Of a stretch of DNA of 64,000 bases, positions 19,124 to 29,465 are shown one piece after another. Source of the DNA: Deltaproteobacteria bacterium (GTDB lineage: Bacteria > Desulfobacterota > Binatia > Binatales > Binataceae); NCBI GenBank assembly GCA_021794015.1, contig JAJYRQ010000001.1:39448-103447 (forward strand), given 5' to 3'. Every line of letters starts with the position of its first letter. The stretch's first letter is position 1. The position numbers were made by a program, and so were the translations under genes. A model generated the notes under the pieces. The model was not told where the DNA came from, ran no database searches, and was given only the letters and a program-made list of their open reading frames with translations.

Positions 19124-20146
19124 GTGGAGCAACAGCTTACCAGGGAAAAGCTCAAACAGCTAAGGGCGCTGGTCGGCGAGGGAGACCGCGTTGCGATCGT
19201 GGTGCAGGACGATCCAGACCCGGATGCGCTCTCCAGCGCGATCGCGCTGCGCACGCTTTTGGGGCGCAACAAACTTACCACCCCGATCTTCAGCTTTGCA
19301 CCGGTAACCCGGCCGGAAAACCGAACGATGGTCCATCTGTTGGAGATCGAGGTTGCTCCCGCCGACACCGAGGAACTCGCCTCCTTCGACCGGATCGCGA
19401 TGGTAGATGTGGCGCCCCCTTATTTCAATGGCAGGCTCAAGCGGGTCGACGTGGTGGTGGATCACCATCCGGGTTACGTGGGAGGCCAGGCGGTCTTCGA
19501 GGACGTCCGGCCGGGCTACGGCGCCACGGCGACCATCATGACCGAGTACCTGGTCTGTGCCGGCGAGCGAATCAGCGAGCGGCTGGCCACTGCCCTTCTC
19601 TACGGCATCAGGACCGACACGCTGATGCTCTCGCGCCGGGTCACCGACCATGATCTCCAGGCTTTCGTCCATCTTTACCCGCACGCGAACTATAACCTGC
19701 TCAAGCAGATGGACCGGCCGGAGCTTCCGTTGAACTTCGCCCGCGTGCTCGCCAAGGCGATGAGACGGCTTAAGACCACCGACGGCATCGTCGTTCTCTA
19801 CCTGGGAGCGGTGGACCGCGACGACCTGATCGTGCAAATGGCGGACTTCTGCCTGCAATTCGAAGAAGTGGAATGGACGGTGGTCGGCGGAAAGCTGGGA
19901 CCGAACCTGGTGCTGGCGGTGCGCAATAACGGGCTGGGAAGGGACAGCGCGGGCGAGATGGTGCGGCGCCTCTTTGGCGAGTTGGGCAGTGCCGGCGGCC
20001 ATCGCGAGATGGCCAAGGCGGTTGTGCCTTTCTCGATCTGGCGCAAGCGCGAAGGCACGGTGCGCCAAGCCGAAGTCGAGGCGCGTTTGCGCGGGCTCGT
20101 CTCCGCCTATCTGGCAAACCTGAGTGCAGAGGCGCAGGCCGGCTGA
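19124..20146 (+). CDS. DHH-family phosphoesterase (NrnA-like oligoribonuclease/pAp phosphatase)
   Basis: DHH motif (VVDHHPG) and DHHA1-like C-terminus (GGGHREMA). GTG start. Confidence 0.75.
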   Translation: MEQQLTREKLKQLRALVGEGDRVAIVVQDDPDPDALSSAIALRTLLGRNKLTTPIFSFAPVTRPENRTMVHLLEIEVAPADTEELASFDRIAMVDVAPPYFNGRLKRVDVVVDHHPGYVGGQAVFEDVRPGYGATATIMTEYLVCAGERISERLATALLYGIRTDTLMLSRRVTDHDLQAFVHLYPHANYNLLKQMDRPELPLNFARVLAKAMRRLKTTDGIVVLYLGAVDRDDLIVQMADFCLQFEEVEWTVVGGKLGPNLVLAVRNNGLGRDSAGEMVRRLFGELGSAGGHREMAKAVVPFSIWRKREGTVRQAEVEARLRGLVSAYLANLSAEAQAG

Positions 20147-20370
20147 CGGGGCGTGCCGCAGAGCGGGAGAATCCCCCCTGGGCAAGGGCCAAGCTGCGCC
20201 GGGGTGCCGTTCCATTGGTAAGGGTCTGACAAGCCTGCCTTGTCTTGTGGCCGGAACCGATCGCGGCCGCCAAGCGGCGCCTTGGGCGGTTGGCTTGGGA
20301 CGGTGGACGCCCCGCAGCGAAGCGCGCGGCGCGACGGCGCCCGCCCGGGATGGTACTATTGACCCTGCTA

Positions 20371-20645
20371 TGGGAGCGTTGGCTGAGGACACGGTCGTGG
20401 TGAAAAACCGTTTGGGCTTGCACCTGCGTGCCGCCTCGATGATTGCCGAAACGATACGGCGGTTTGATGCTACGGTTGTGCTCTGGCGCGAGGGCCTGCA
20501 TGCTGACGCCCGCAGCGTGACGAGCATGCTGATACTGGGCGCGCCGCAGGGGACCAAACTGGCCATCAAAGCTGACGGACCTGAGGCCGGCGCGGCCTTG
20601 GCCGCAATCAAGGAGCTGTTCGAGCAACGCTTCGGCGAAGAGTGA
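20371..20645 (+). CDS. ptsH: Phosphocarrier protein HPr/NPr
   Basis: About 90 aa. Active-site His context GLHLRAAS. Typical HPr length and fold signatures. Confidence 0.75.
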
Positions 20646-20937
20646 GGGCGACAGCGCGCCGGCCGTTGCGGACCCCAATTGCGGCGTTGGCAGGCTCGGC
20701 CGTCGCTCGCAACGGCTTGATCGTTTGACCTCGGTGAGTTATACCAAAACATCATTCCTGCCTGAGAGGCGAGATCCGTCGGTGGCGGGGCCCAAGGGCA
20801 CTGCCGGGGCGCTGGTCTGCCTTACGGGGCGGGAGAAGGCCGGAATACCGCGGCCGAAAGGGTGAGAAGTCTCTCATCCGGCGGCCCGCCAGCCGCTGTC
20901 GGCTTGGCGGCCTCAGCTTAGGCGGAGAAAGACGCGA

Positions 20938-22104
20938 ATGCCCCTTAAGGATTACCTGTTCAGCTCGGAGTCGGTCTGCGAAGGTCATCCGGACAAAGTC
21001 TGCGACCAGATCTCGGACGCAATTCTGGACACGCTGATCGCGCAGGACCCGGACTCGCGCGTTGCCCTGGAAGCGCTCATAAAAACCGGGCTGGTCGTTC
21101 TGGCGGGGGAAATCACAACCCGCGCCAGGGTCGATTACGCCAGCGTTGCCCGCAAGACGATCTCCGATATCGGCTATACCAGCCTCGAGACCGGGTTTGA
21201 CGCCAATGCGTCTACTTTTGTGACCGCCATCGAACGACAGTCGCCCGACATCTCGCAGGGGGTCAACGTCGGCGGCGCGGGCGATCAGGGGTTGATGTTT
21301 GGCTTCGCCTGCGACGATACGCCGGAGCTGATGCCGCTGCCGATCTCGATTGCGCATCGGCTGATGCAGCGGCTGGGCGTGCTGCGCAGGCGGGGCGAGC
21401 TTGCTTTCCTGCGTCCGGACGGCAAGGGGCAGGTGACCGTGCGCTACGCCGGCGGCAAGCCGGTCGAGGTGACCGCGGTGGTCGTCTCGGTGCAGCACAG
21501 GCCTGAGGTCAGCCAGGCGAAAATTTACGAAGCCATCGTCGAGCAGGTGATTAAGCCGACGGTCGCCCCGGAGTTGCGCGGCCGTGACACCGTCTACCAC
21601 GTGAATCCGACCGGCAGCTTCGTGGTCGGCGGCCCGCAGGGTGATTGCGGGGTCACCGGGCGCAAGATCATCGTTGATACCTATGGCGGTTATGGGCGGC
21701 ACGGCGGCGGCGCCTTGTCGGGCAAGGACCCGACCAAGGTGGACCGCTCCGGATGCTACATGGCGCGCTACGCGGCCAAGAATGTGGTCGGCGCCGGCCT
21801 GGCAAAAAAATGCGAAATCCAGCTTGCCTATGCGATCGGCGTTGCCGAACCCGTTTCGGTGCTGGTCGATACCTTCGACACCGGGGTTTTGCCGGAAGGG
21901 GAGTTGGCCTCGGCGTTGCGCGAGCTTTTCGATTTCACCCCGACCGGGATGATAAAAACGCTCGAGCTCAAGCGGCCGATCTACCAGGCGACTGCGGCCT
22001 ACGGCCACTTCGGGCGCCCGCCGGAGAACGGCTTGTTCCCGTGGGAGCGCCTCGACATGGTGGGACCGCTGGCCCGCGCCCTTGGCTCCGACGGGCGTCC
22101 CTGA
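20938..22104 (+). CDS. metK: S-adenosylmethionine synthetase
   Basis: Full-length MetK with conserved motifs ([42 protein letters not shown]). Confidence 0.9.
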   Translation: MPLKDYLFSSESVCEGHPDKVCDQISDAILDTLIAQDPDSRVALEALIKTGLVVLAGEITTRARVDYASVARKTISDIGYTSLETGFDANASTFVTAIERQSPDISQGVNVGGAGDQGLMFGFACDDTPELMPLPISIAHRLMQRLGVLRRRGELAFLRPDGKGQVTVRYAGGKPVEVTAVVVSVQHRPEVSQAKIYEAIVEQVIKPTVAPELRGRDTVYHVNPTGSFVVGGPQGDCGVTGRKIIVDTYGGYGRHGGGALSGKDPTKVDRSGCYMARYAAKNVVGAGLAKKCEIQLAYAIGVAEPVSVLVDTFDTGVLPEGELASALRELFDFTPTGMIKTLELKRPIYQATAAYGHFGRPPENGLFPWERLDMVGPLARALGSDGRP

Positions 22105-22306
22105 AGCTTAAGCGGGCCGGCAATCGGGGGCGCCCGGCGTCCTGAGCGCCGCAGCCGACTCGGGCGCGCACCGACGCCGGGTCTTCGACGGTACCGACCA
22201 GCCGCGCCAGCGCCGCTTGGGAGTGGGAGGTGCGCAGCCGATCGGCCGGCTCAGTCCGACACGATGGCCCGGTGCGGGCCTTTTTCTGCAAGGAGAGGAG
22301 CATCGA

Positions 22307-23611
22307 ATGGCAGTTAACGGGAGAAAAGTTGCGGATGCGCCCGCTCGGTTCGCTGGCGAGGGTGAGATCGCCGATCCGGGCCTGGCCGATGCAGGCTTTA
22401 GGCGTGTCGAGCGGACCGACGACGGGATGCCGGTGCTGCGTGCCATCCGCGCGCACTTCGAACGGGAAAAACCGCTGCAGGGTCAGCGCATCGGCGCCTG
22501 TCTCCACGTCACTGCCGAGACGGCCAATCTGCTGCGCGCCCTCAAGGCGGGCGGTGCCGCGGTCGCCTGCTGTGCTTCCAACCCGCTTTCCACCCAGGAC
22601 GACGTGGCCGCCGCGCTCGTCAAGAAGTACGCCATCCCGGTTTTCGCCGTCAGGGGCGAGGACCGCGACCGCTATTACGCCCATATGCGCGCCGTGCTCG
22701 AATCCCGCCCAACCCTGGTGATCGACGACGGCGCCGACCTGATAAGCCAGTTGCATACCGACTTTCGCGCCCAAGCCGGCCAGGTGCTCGGCGCCATGGA
22801 AGAGACCACCACCGGCGTTATTCGGCTGCGCGCCATGGAGCGCGACGGGGCGCTGGCCATGCCGGTGGTCGCGGTCAACGACGCTCAGACCAAGTACCTT
22901 TTTGACAACCGCTACGGCACCGGGCAATCGACCCTCGACGCCATCATGCGGGTCACCGATATGCTGATTGCCGGGTCGGTGTTCGTGGTCTGCGGCTACG
23001 GTTGGTGCGGCCGGGGTGTGGCGATGCGAGCGCGCGGCTTGGGCGCCCAGGTCGTTGTGACCGAGGTCGCGCCGTTGCGAGCACTGGAAGCGGCCCTGGA
23101 CGGATTCCAGGTGATGCCGATGCGGGCGGCGGCGCGCTTGGGCGACATCTTCACCACGGTGACCGGGGATCGAGGCGTTATCGGCGCTGCGCATTTCCCG
23201 CTGATGAAAGACGGCGCTGTGCTGGCCAACGCCGGTCATTTCGACGTCGAAATCGACGTGGCCGCATTGCGCAAAATGACGCGCAAGGTCGACCGGGACC
23301 CGGCGCGCGAGGCCGAGACCTTTCATCTGCCCAACGGCCGGCGCCTCCATCTTTTGGGCCAGGGACGGCTGGTCAACCTCGCCTGCGCCACGGGACACCC
23401 GCCCCAGGTGATGGACATGAGTTTTGCCACCCAGGCGCTGTCCGCCCAGTGGGTGGCGCGATCGTCGCGCCTGCCGTCCAAGGTGCATGAAGTGCCGGCC
23501 AATCTCGTTGAGCGCATTGCCGCGCTTAAGCTAAAAGCGATGGGCGTCAGGATAGACGCCCTGAGCGCCGAGCAGAAACGCTACCTGGCGAGCTGGCAGA
23601 GCGGCACCTAG
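22307..23611 (+). CDS. ahcY: Adenosylhomocysteinase
   Basis: SAHH family with an NAD-binding GYGWCGRG (GxGxxG) motif and a conserved N-terminal KVADAPARFAGEGEIADPGLADAGFRRVERTDDGMPVL region. Adjacent to metK (methyl cycle). Confidence 0.9.
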   Translation: MAVNGRKVADAPARFAGEGEIADPGLADAGFRRVERTDDGMPVLRAIRAHFEREKPLQGQRIGACLHVTAETANLLRALKAGGAAVACCASNPLSTQDDVAAALVKKYAIPVFAVRGEDRDRYYAHMRAVLESRPTLVIDDGADLISQLHTDFRAQAGQVLGAMEETTTGVIRLRAMERDGALAMPVVAVNDAQTKYLFDNRYGTGQSTLDAIMRVTDMLIAGSVFVVCGYGWCGRGVAMRARGLGAQVVVTEVAPLRALEAALDGFQVMPMRAAARLGDIFTTVTGDRGVIGAAHFPLMKDGAVLANAGHFDVEIDVAALRKMTRKVDRDPAREAETFHLPNGRRLHLLGQGRLVNLACATGHPPQVMDMSFATQALSAQWVARSSRLPSKVHEVPANLVERIAALKLKAMGVRIDALSAEQKRYLASWQSGT

Positions 23612-23697
23612 GGCGCGGTCCTGCCAATACACCCACCAAGCACAGGTTGCCACTCGGAGCGCCGGCCAAGAGTCTCGCCTCCGCCATCCCTTCGACT

Positions 23698-23895
23698 CTG
23701 GCCACTGCGTGGCGGCTGGATGGAGCGGCAAGCGACGCGGCGTTGCGCTCCCGTTGGTCGGGCGGGTTGGCCTGCGGGCGCCGACTGGCCACTGCGTGGC
23801 GGCTGGATGGAGCGGCAAGCGACGCGGCGTTGCGCTCCCGTTGGTCGGGCGAGTTGGCCTGCGGGCGCCGACTGGCCACTGCGTGGCGGGCGGCG
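23698..23895 (+). repeat. Tandem array (2.3 copies) of an 87-bp unit belonging to the same repeat family as R1/R2
   Basis: Units at 23698-23784 and 23785-23871 differ by 1 nt. A partial third unit runs 23872-23895. The unit contains GGCCAcugcgUGGC and GCGTTGCGCTCCCGTTGGTCGGGCG. Lies between the convergent genes ahcY and the TVP38/DedA gene. Confidence 0.85.
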
Positions 23896-23927
23896 CACCA
23901 ACCGTCCGCCCAGGAAGGCGGTTGCGC

Positions 23928-24597
23928 CTAGTCCTCCGGCTGCAGCACGGTGGGTTCGACCGCAGCCGGCCGCAAACGGCGCCATACCTCGCCCGCCGCG
24001 AAACAAGCCGCGATGAGCCCGAGGGCGAGCATGAAGCGCGGGGAGCCGGGATGCCACAGCGTGTCGCCCAGAAACGCGAACAGCACCGTGCCCGGGACCA
24101 TCCCCAGGGTGCTTGCCAGAAAGTAATCTCTGAACTCGATGGGCGAGGCTCCGGCCAAAAGATTAAGCGCGTTGTACGGAATCACCGGCACGATCCGCAG
24201 GTACAGGATTATCCGAAAGCCGTAGGCCGCAACCCTGTCGAGCAGGTTTTGGAACCTGGCCCCCACTACCCGGGTGACAAAGGAACGGCCCAGCGCCCGC
24301 CCGGCGCCGAACGCCACCAGGGCGCCGAGATTGGCGCCCACCAGCGCGTAAATCGCGCCCCGCCAGGCGCCGAAGGCAAGACCGCCCGCCAGCGTCATCA
24401 CCGCCCCGGGAACCAGGAACGACGGCCCCACGGCAAACAACGCTATGTACACCAGCGGCGCCCATACGCCAAAGGCCGCCAGTTCCAGCTTGACCCGCTC
24501 GGGGTTGTTGAACCACTCGCTGTGGGACCAAAAGAGATAGACCGAGCCTCCCGCCAGCGCAACCACAAACGCAAGCCTGACAACGCGACTTCGCATC
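23928..24597 (-). CDS. TVP38/TMEM64 (DedA-superfamily) membrane protein
   Basis: Conserved DedA/TVP38 core (VPGAVMTLAGGLAFG...RIVPVIPYNALNLLAGAS...). Start chosen at MRSRVVRLAF; the longer ORF may instead start at 24842. Confidence 0.65.
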
Positions 24598-24814
24598 TTG
24601 GAATTCGGCGAAGCCCCGTTCAGCGCCCGCTCAGCGGCGGCCCTGTACTCCGCTCCGCTGGAGAAAAGGCTACCATGCCGGCCGCCGCCATAATAGAATG
24701 CAGCAGCGAAAAACTCGCCCCACCATAAGAGCACCGGCGAAAGCGCGCGCCGCGGCGCTAAGCGCCAGGCCGTCGCGCGCCTCACAACGGCGCAGGCAAG
24801 GAGAAGCAGAACCG

Positions 24815-25597
24815 ATGAACGATCTCGCAGGCAAAGTGGCAATCATCACCGGAGGCGGTTACGGGATCGGCAAGGTCATCGCGCGCGCTTTCGGAGCCGC
24901 GAAAATGAAACTCGTGCTCGCCGCCCGGTCGCCCGGGCCGCTCGAGGAAGCCCGCCGGGAACTGGCCGAGGCCGGCGCCGCGGTCGTCGCGCTGCCCACC
25001 GACGTTGCCAGGGAAGAGCAATGCGCGCGCATGGTGCGTACCGCCGTCGAGTCGTTCGGCCGGCTTGACGTTCTGGTCAACAACGCCGGAATCGCCGGGC
25101 CAACCAAGCCAATCACGGAAACAACCCTGGCCGAATGGCAGGAGACGCTCGATGTGAACATCACCGGCGCTTGGCTGTGCGCGCGCGAGGCCATACGCGC
25201 CATGGCAGCCGCCGGCAGGGGCAACATCCTGAACATTTCATCAGCCGCCGGCCGGCGCGGCTATCCGCTGCGCTCGCCCTACTCGGCCTCAAAGTGGGCC
25301 CTTATCGGCCTTACGCAAACGCTGGCCGCCGAAGGGGGACGCCATGGCATCCGGGTCAACTGCATCTGCCCCGGCCCGGTCGAAGGAGACCGTATCGAAC
25401 GGGTGATTCGCGCCCGCGCCGCGTCAACCGGCACGCCCCACGAACAAGTTCGCCAGTGGTTTGTCGGCGACTCCCCGCTGCAGCGCATGGTGACCGAGGA
25501 CGAGGTGGCGCGGGTTGCGCTTTTCCTGGTGAGCGAGGCGTCGGCCGGGATGACCGGGCAGACGCTTAACGTCGACGGCGGCAAAATCATGACATGA
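24815..25597 (+). CDS. SDR-family short-chain dehydrogenase/reductase
   Basis: TGGGYGIG Rossmann motif, NNAG, and a catalytic S...YSASK triad. Confidence 0.8.
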   Translation: MNDLAGKVAIITGGGYGIGKVIARAFGAAKMKLVLAARSPGPLEEARRELAEAGAAVVALPTDVAREEQCARMVRTAVESFGRLDVLVNNAGIAGPTKPITETTLAEWQETLDVNITGAWLCAREAIRAMAAAGRGNILNISSAAGRRGYPLRSPYSASKWALIGLTQTLAAEGGRHGIRVNCICPGPVEGDRIERVIRARAASTGTPHEQVRQWFVGDSPLQRMVTEDEVARVALFLVSEASAGMTGQTLNVDGGKIMT

Positions 25598-25634
25598 GCC
25601 GGCATCGACGCTGAACCGGGGGCCCGAGGCCGGC

Positions 25635-26552
25635 TCAGCCGTCTTCGAGCTGGCGGTCGATATGATGGTGGCGCACGGCTACGGCAAAGCCTTTTTCTTC
25701 CAGCCTTTGCTTCAGTCTGAGCACTAGGGCGGGAGAGCGGTGTCGGCCGCCGGTGCAGCCGAGTCCGATGGTCAGGTAGCTCTTGCCCTCTTTCTGGTAA
25801 AGCGGGAGCAAAAAGGCAAGCAACTCCACCAGCGCGTCAACAAAGCGCTCCGCCTCCGGCCGAGCGAGCACGAACTCGCCCACCTTAGGATCGAGCCCGG
25901 TCAGGTCGCGCAACTCCGGCACGAAAAACGGGTTCGGCAGGAAACGCGCGTCGAACACCAAGTCCAGCCCGACCGGCATCCCGTACTTGTAGCCGAACGA
26001 TGCCAGGGTGACGAGCATTTGCGGTCCCTGGCGGCCGGCTCTAACGATATCTATGATCGTGTCGCGCAACTCGTGGATCGTGAGCGTAGTGGTATCGAGT
26101 ACGTGGTCGGCCCGTTTGAAAAGCCCGGCCAGCGCCTCGCGTTCGCGCTTTATCGCCTCCGCCACGCCCAGCGGGCCGTCAGCCAGCGGATGCGGCCGGC
26201 GGCTCTCGGAGTAGCGCCTGGCCAGGACCTCGGCCGAGGCGTCGAGAAAGAGCACCAGCGGCCGGCTGCCGGCCTGTTCCAGCCCCTCAAACACTTGCGG
26301 CCATTGCGGGAAAAACATCCGCTCGCGGGCGTCCACCCCGAGGCCGAGCCCCGCAACCGAAGCGCCGCCGCGTTCGGCTACCAGCCGCAGCGCAGCCGGC
26401 GCCAGAGCTACGGGCAGGTTATCAACGCAGTAGAAGCCCAGGTCCTCTAAAACGCGCAGCGCCGAGGCCCGCCCCGAGCCTGAGGCGCCGGTTACGATGA
26501 TCACCCGCAGCGGGTTTTCCTGGCGTCCCACGCGGTTGCTCCTACTCGGCAA
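25635..26552 (-). CDS. rapZ: RNase adapter protein RapZ (YhbJ)
   Basis: P-loop (VTGASGSGRAS). RapZ-like N-terminus (LEDLGFYCVDNLP). Located in the conserved rpoN-hpf-ptsN-rapZ cluster. Confidence 0.8.
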   Translation of the reverse strand: MPSRSNRVGRQENPLRVIIVTGASGSGRASALRVLEDLGFYCVDNLPVALAPAALRLVAERGGASVAGLGLGVDARERMFFPQWPQVFEGLEQAGSRPLVLFLDASAEVLARRYSESRRPHPLADGPLGVAEAIKREREALAGLFKRADHVLDTTTLTIHELRDTIIDIVRAGRQGPQMLVTLASFGYKYGMPVGLDLVFDARFLPNPFFVPELRDLTGLDPKVGEFVLARPEAERFVDALVELLAFLLPLYQKEGKSYLTIGLGCTGGRHRSPALVLRLKQRLEEKGFAVAVRHHHIDRQLEDG

Positions 26553-26654
26553 ATTCCTTGGAACCTGCCTTGCTTGTTAGCGGGACCGAGCGCCCGGCAT
26601 GTCGGCGCGCATGGCGTTGCCAGCCCAGGCCGGAAGGCGGCTTGTTAGCGCCGT

Positions 26655-27116
26655 TCAGTACTTGCTGTCCTCTTCCTGGATGAGGCGGTAGATCGTCGCC
26701 GCGTCGGGCGCTGCCATTAGTCGCTCGCGGAAGGCGGCGTCCTTCAGCAGGCGCGAGGCCCGGGCCAGCGCCTTCAAGTGCAGGCTGGTTGAATCCTCGG
26801 GCGCGACCAGCAGAAAAAAGAGAAAAGTCGGCCGGCCGTCGAGCGAATCAAAGTCGATTCCCTTGGGATGGCGCCCGAACAGACCGACGATCTGGGCCAC
26901 GCCGGAAAGCTTGCCGTGCGGGATGGCGATGCCGTCGCCGATCGCGGTGGATCCCAGCCGCTCGCGCTCGATCAGCACCTGGGTCAACCGGTCGGGGTCA
27001 ATGGAAGTGTATTTGCCGACAAGACGTAGCGCCAACTCGTGCAGCAACTCCGGCTTGGTGCTGCTTTCGAGGCTGGACGCTACCAAGTCACCCGACAACA
27101 GTTCGGTGATCTTCAT
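26655..27116 (-). CDS. ptsN: PTS IIA-Ntr (nitrogen regulatory EIIA)
   Basis: 153-aa PTS_EIIA_2 fold with the active His in GIAIPHGK. Conserved position downstream of hpf. Confidence 0.8.
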   Translation of the reverse strand: MKITELLSGDLVASSLESSTKPELLHELALRLVGKYTSIDPDRLTQVLIERERLGSTAIGDGIAIPHGKLSGVAQIVGLFGRHPKGIDFDSLDGRPTFLFFLLVAPEDSTSLHLKALARASRLLKDAAFRERLMAAPDAATIYRLIQEEDSKY

Positions 27117-27435
27117 TATTTGCTTGCCGCTCTGCGGACGGGGGATCCAGATGCGGGCAGCCCGGCGCTTGGTCGGGCCTTTCTAAGCTTGTCCGCACCG
27201 CCACCCGCCCGATGCGCTGCGATATTGCTCCTTTAGCTAGGCAAGCGCAAGAAGGGCCGGGGCTCCCGGCGCCCGGCGACGCCCAAGCAAGGCGGCCGGC
27301 GATTGTCGGAGCGTGGCCCCAGCGGGCCGACCGGCGATCGCGGTAGTTCTCCTCCAGTGACGAGTCTGCAGGCCCGGCCGCGTCGTCGGCTCAGCGCGGG
27401 CGTCGGTTGCCGAAGCGCCGTTCATCGCGTCCGTT

Positions 27436-27879
27436 TCATGACTGGGCCAGACCGGCCGGCGGCTCGGACTCAAGCAGGGCCTCTCCCACCGAGGGCGCTC
27501 GTGTCTTGCGGGCTTTTACCTTGGCGATCCGCTTTTTGAGCTGGCGCGCCGCCAAGTCGGCCAAGCCGTCGATCACGGCGTAGAGGTCCTTGCTCTGGGT
27601 CTCGGCGGCAAAGGCGAAGCGCCCCGACTTGACGGTGACCTCGCCGCACTTGCGGTACTTGTCGACCGACAGGATGAGGTGCGCGGTGATGCGGCGCCCA
27701 AGCGAGCGCGTCAGGCGGGAGAAACGCTTCTCGGCGTAAGCGCGAATCGCCTCGGTCGGCTCCAGATGGCGGAAGGTCATGAGCAAATCGCAGCCCTGGC
27801 GGCCGGCGGCCTTGGCTTTGTGCTGCAGCGGTGCCTGCGGGCCGCTCGGTTGTCCGTTGGCGTGAACAACTGCCTGCAT
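27436..27879 (-). CDS. hpf: Ribosome hibernation promoting factor (HPF/RaiA family)
   Basis: HPF core (MTFRHLEPTEAIRAYAEKRF...). AGGAGG RBS 9 nt upstream of the ATG at 27879. An alternative internal start is at 27780. Confidence 0.7.
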   Translation of the reverse strand: MQAVVHANGQPSGPQAPLQHKAKAAGRQGCDLLMTFRHLEPTEAIRAYAEKRFSRLTRSLGRRITAHLILSVDKYRKCGEVTVKSGRFAFAAETQSKDLYAVIDGLADLAARQLKKRIAKVKARKTRAPSVGEALLESEPPAGLAQS

Positions 27880-27924
27880 CGTTTTCATCCTCCTAGGTCG
27901 GGCGCCGGCAAAGCCGGATAGCCA

Positions 27925-29460
27925 CTAGTCAAGCCGCCGCCGGCGCGCCGAAGGCAGGATTCCCAGCGCCTGCCGGTATTTGGCCACCGTGCGGCGAGCA
28001 ATCTTGATCGTCTCCACCCGCAGGCGCTCGACTATCTCCTGGTCGGAAAGCGGTTTGCCTTCGCCTTCCCCCTCGACCAGCGCGCGGATGCGATCCTTGA
28101 TCGTCTCCGCGCTCACTTCGTCGCCGCTCTCGCTCCTGACGCCCGAGGTGAAAAAGAACTTGAGTTCGAACAGCCCCTGCGGGGTGGCGGCGTACTTGTT
28201 GGTGGTTGCCCGGCTGACCGTTGACTCGTGCATCCCAACATCCTCGGCGACGTCTCTCAGCACTAGGGGGCGCAGCGCCTTGACCCCATGGTCGAAGAAG
28301 GCGCGCTGAAACTTGACGATCGAGGTGCCCACCTTCAAGATCGTGTGCTGGCGCTGGTAGATCGACTTGACCAGCCAGCGCGCGGCGCGCAGCCGCTCCT
28401 GGAGATAATCCCGGGTTTCGCTGCCGACCGCCCCGTTGCTCATCAGCCGCTGGTAGTAGCCGGCCAGCCTAAGGCGCGGCATCGCGGCGTCGTTGAGCGT
28501 GACGACATAGTCGTTGCCGAGTTTTTGAATCTGGATGTCGGGCACGACATAGGCCGGCAGCTCTCCGGAAAAGCTGCGCCCCGGCTTCGGCTCGAGCAGC
28601 GAAATCACCTTGGCTGCGTGCGTCACCAGTTCGGCGGACACGCCCAGCCGGCGCGCGATCTCGGCACCGCGCCGCTTTTCCAGAAGCCCCAAGTGTTCGC
28701 GCACGATGCGGGCGGCCAGCGAATCCTCCATGCCCAGCACGGCGAGCTGTACCAGCAGGCACTCCCTGAGATCGCGCGCAGCCACCCCGGGCGGATCGAA
28801 ACGCTGCACGCGCTTAAGCACCTTTTCGAACCGGACCGGGTCAATCTTGAGCTCAGTCTCCAGCGTTGCCGGGTCGGCGTCCAGGTAGCCTCCCTCGTTG
28901 AGGTTGTAAATGATGGCGGCGCCGATAACCTGGTCTTCGCGGCTTAGGCTGGACAGTCTAAGCTGCCACATCAGGTGCGCTTCCAGCGAGCTTCGACTCG
29001 AAGCGCTGTTCTCGAGCGCCGAATATCCCTCGTCGTTGGTCTCTCGTGCGGCGTCCTGCCAGTTGTTCGCGTAGTCTTCGAAGTACTGCCGCCACTCGAG
29101 CTCGTCCGGGTTGGTGCCGAGGTCGGCGGACTCGGCTGTGGGCTCTGCCGCCTCTGCCGGCTCGGCCGGCGTCGGCGCGGCGCTTTCCTGTTCCTGCGGC
29201 TCGAAGTCGGCGCCGTCGTCCGGGCCGGCGGTCTCCGCGCTCTCGGCAGCCTGCGCGGTCCCCTGGTCTGCCGGGCCTTCTTCAGTCAGCTCCGGTGTGA
29301 CCATTTCGAGCATCGGGTTTTGCTCGAGTTCGCCCTCGACGAGGGCTTCCAGGTCGGGCAGCGAAAGCTGCAAGATTTTGATCGCCTGCTGGAGTTGCGG
29401 CGTCATCACCAACTGCTGGCGCAGCCGCAACTCCTGGCCTAGCTTTACCTCGAGCGCCAT
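27925..29460 (-). CDS. rpoN: RNA polymerase sigma-54 factor
   Basis: N-terminal LRLRQQLVMTPQLQQAIKILQLS. C-terminal RpoN box (ARRTVAKYR). Confidence 0.9.
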   Translation of the reverse strand: MALEVKLGQELRLRQQLVMTPQLQQAIKILQLSLPDLEALVEGELEQNPMLEMVTPELTEEGPADQGTAQAAESAETAGPDDGADFEPQEQESAAPTPAEPAEAAEPTAESADLGTNPDELEWRQYFEDYANNWQDAARETNDEGYSALENSASSRSSLEAHLMWQLRLSSLSREDQVIGAAIIYNLNEGGYLDADPATLETELKIDPVRFEKVLKRVQRFDPPGVAARDLRECLLVQLAVLGMEDSLAARIVREHLGLLEKRRGAEIARRLGVSAELVTHAAKVISLLEPKPGRSFSGELPAYVVPDIQIQKLGNDYVVTLNDAAMPRLRLAGYYQRLMSNGAVGSETRDYLQERLRAARWLVKSIYQRQHTILKVGTSIVKFQRAFFDHGVKALRPLVLRDVAEDVGMHESTVSRATTNKYAATPQGLFELKFFFTSGVRSESGDEVSAETIKDRIRALVEGEGEGKPLSDQEIVERLRVETIKIARRTVAKYRQALGILPSARRRRLD

Positions 29461-29465
29461 GGTCC

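Noticed and set aside
19160-22008. Long minus-strand ORFs (531 aa and 418 aa) antisense to the DHH, ptsH and metK genes
   Set aside because: Low-complexity R/A/P-rich translations. The sense-strand genes have clear conserved motifs.
21968-23488. 506-aa minus-strand ORF antisense to ahcY
   Set aside because: Shadow ORF. ahcY on the plus strand is unambiguous.
23698-23895. Possible CRISPR array
   Set aside because: The repeats are directly adjacent with no spacers, the unit is 87 bp, and no cas genes are present. It is a simple tandem duplication.
23647-24057. ORFs translating the tandem repeat (e.g. ...AWRLDGAASDAALRSRWSGGLACGRRLAT... repeated)
   Set aside because: The internal periodicity of the peptide simply mirrors the 87-bp DNA tandem repeat. 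Not a gene.
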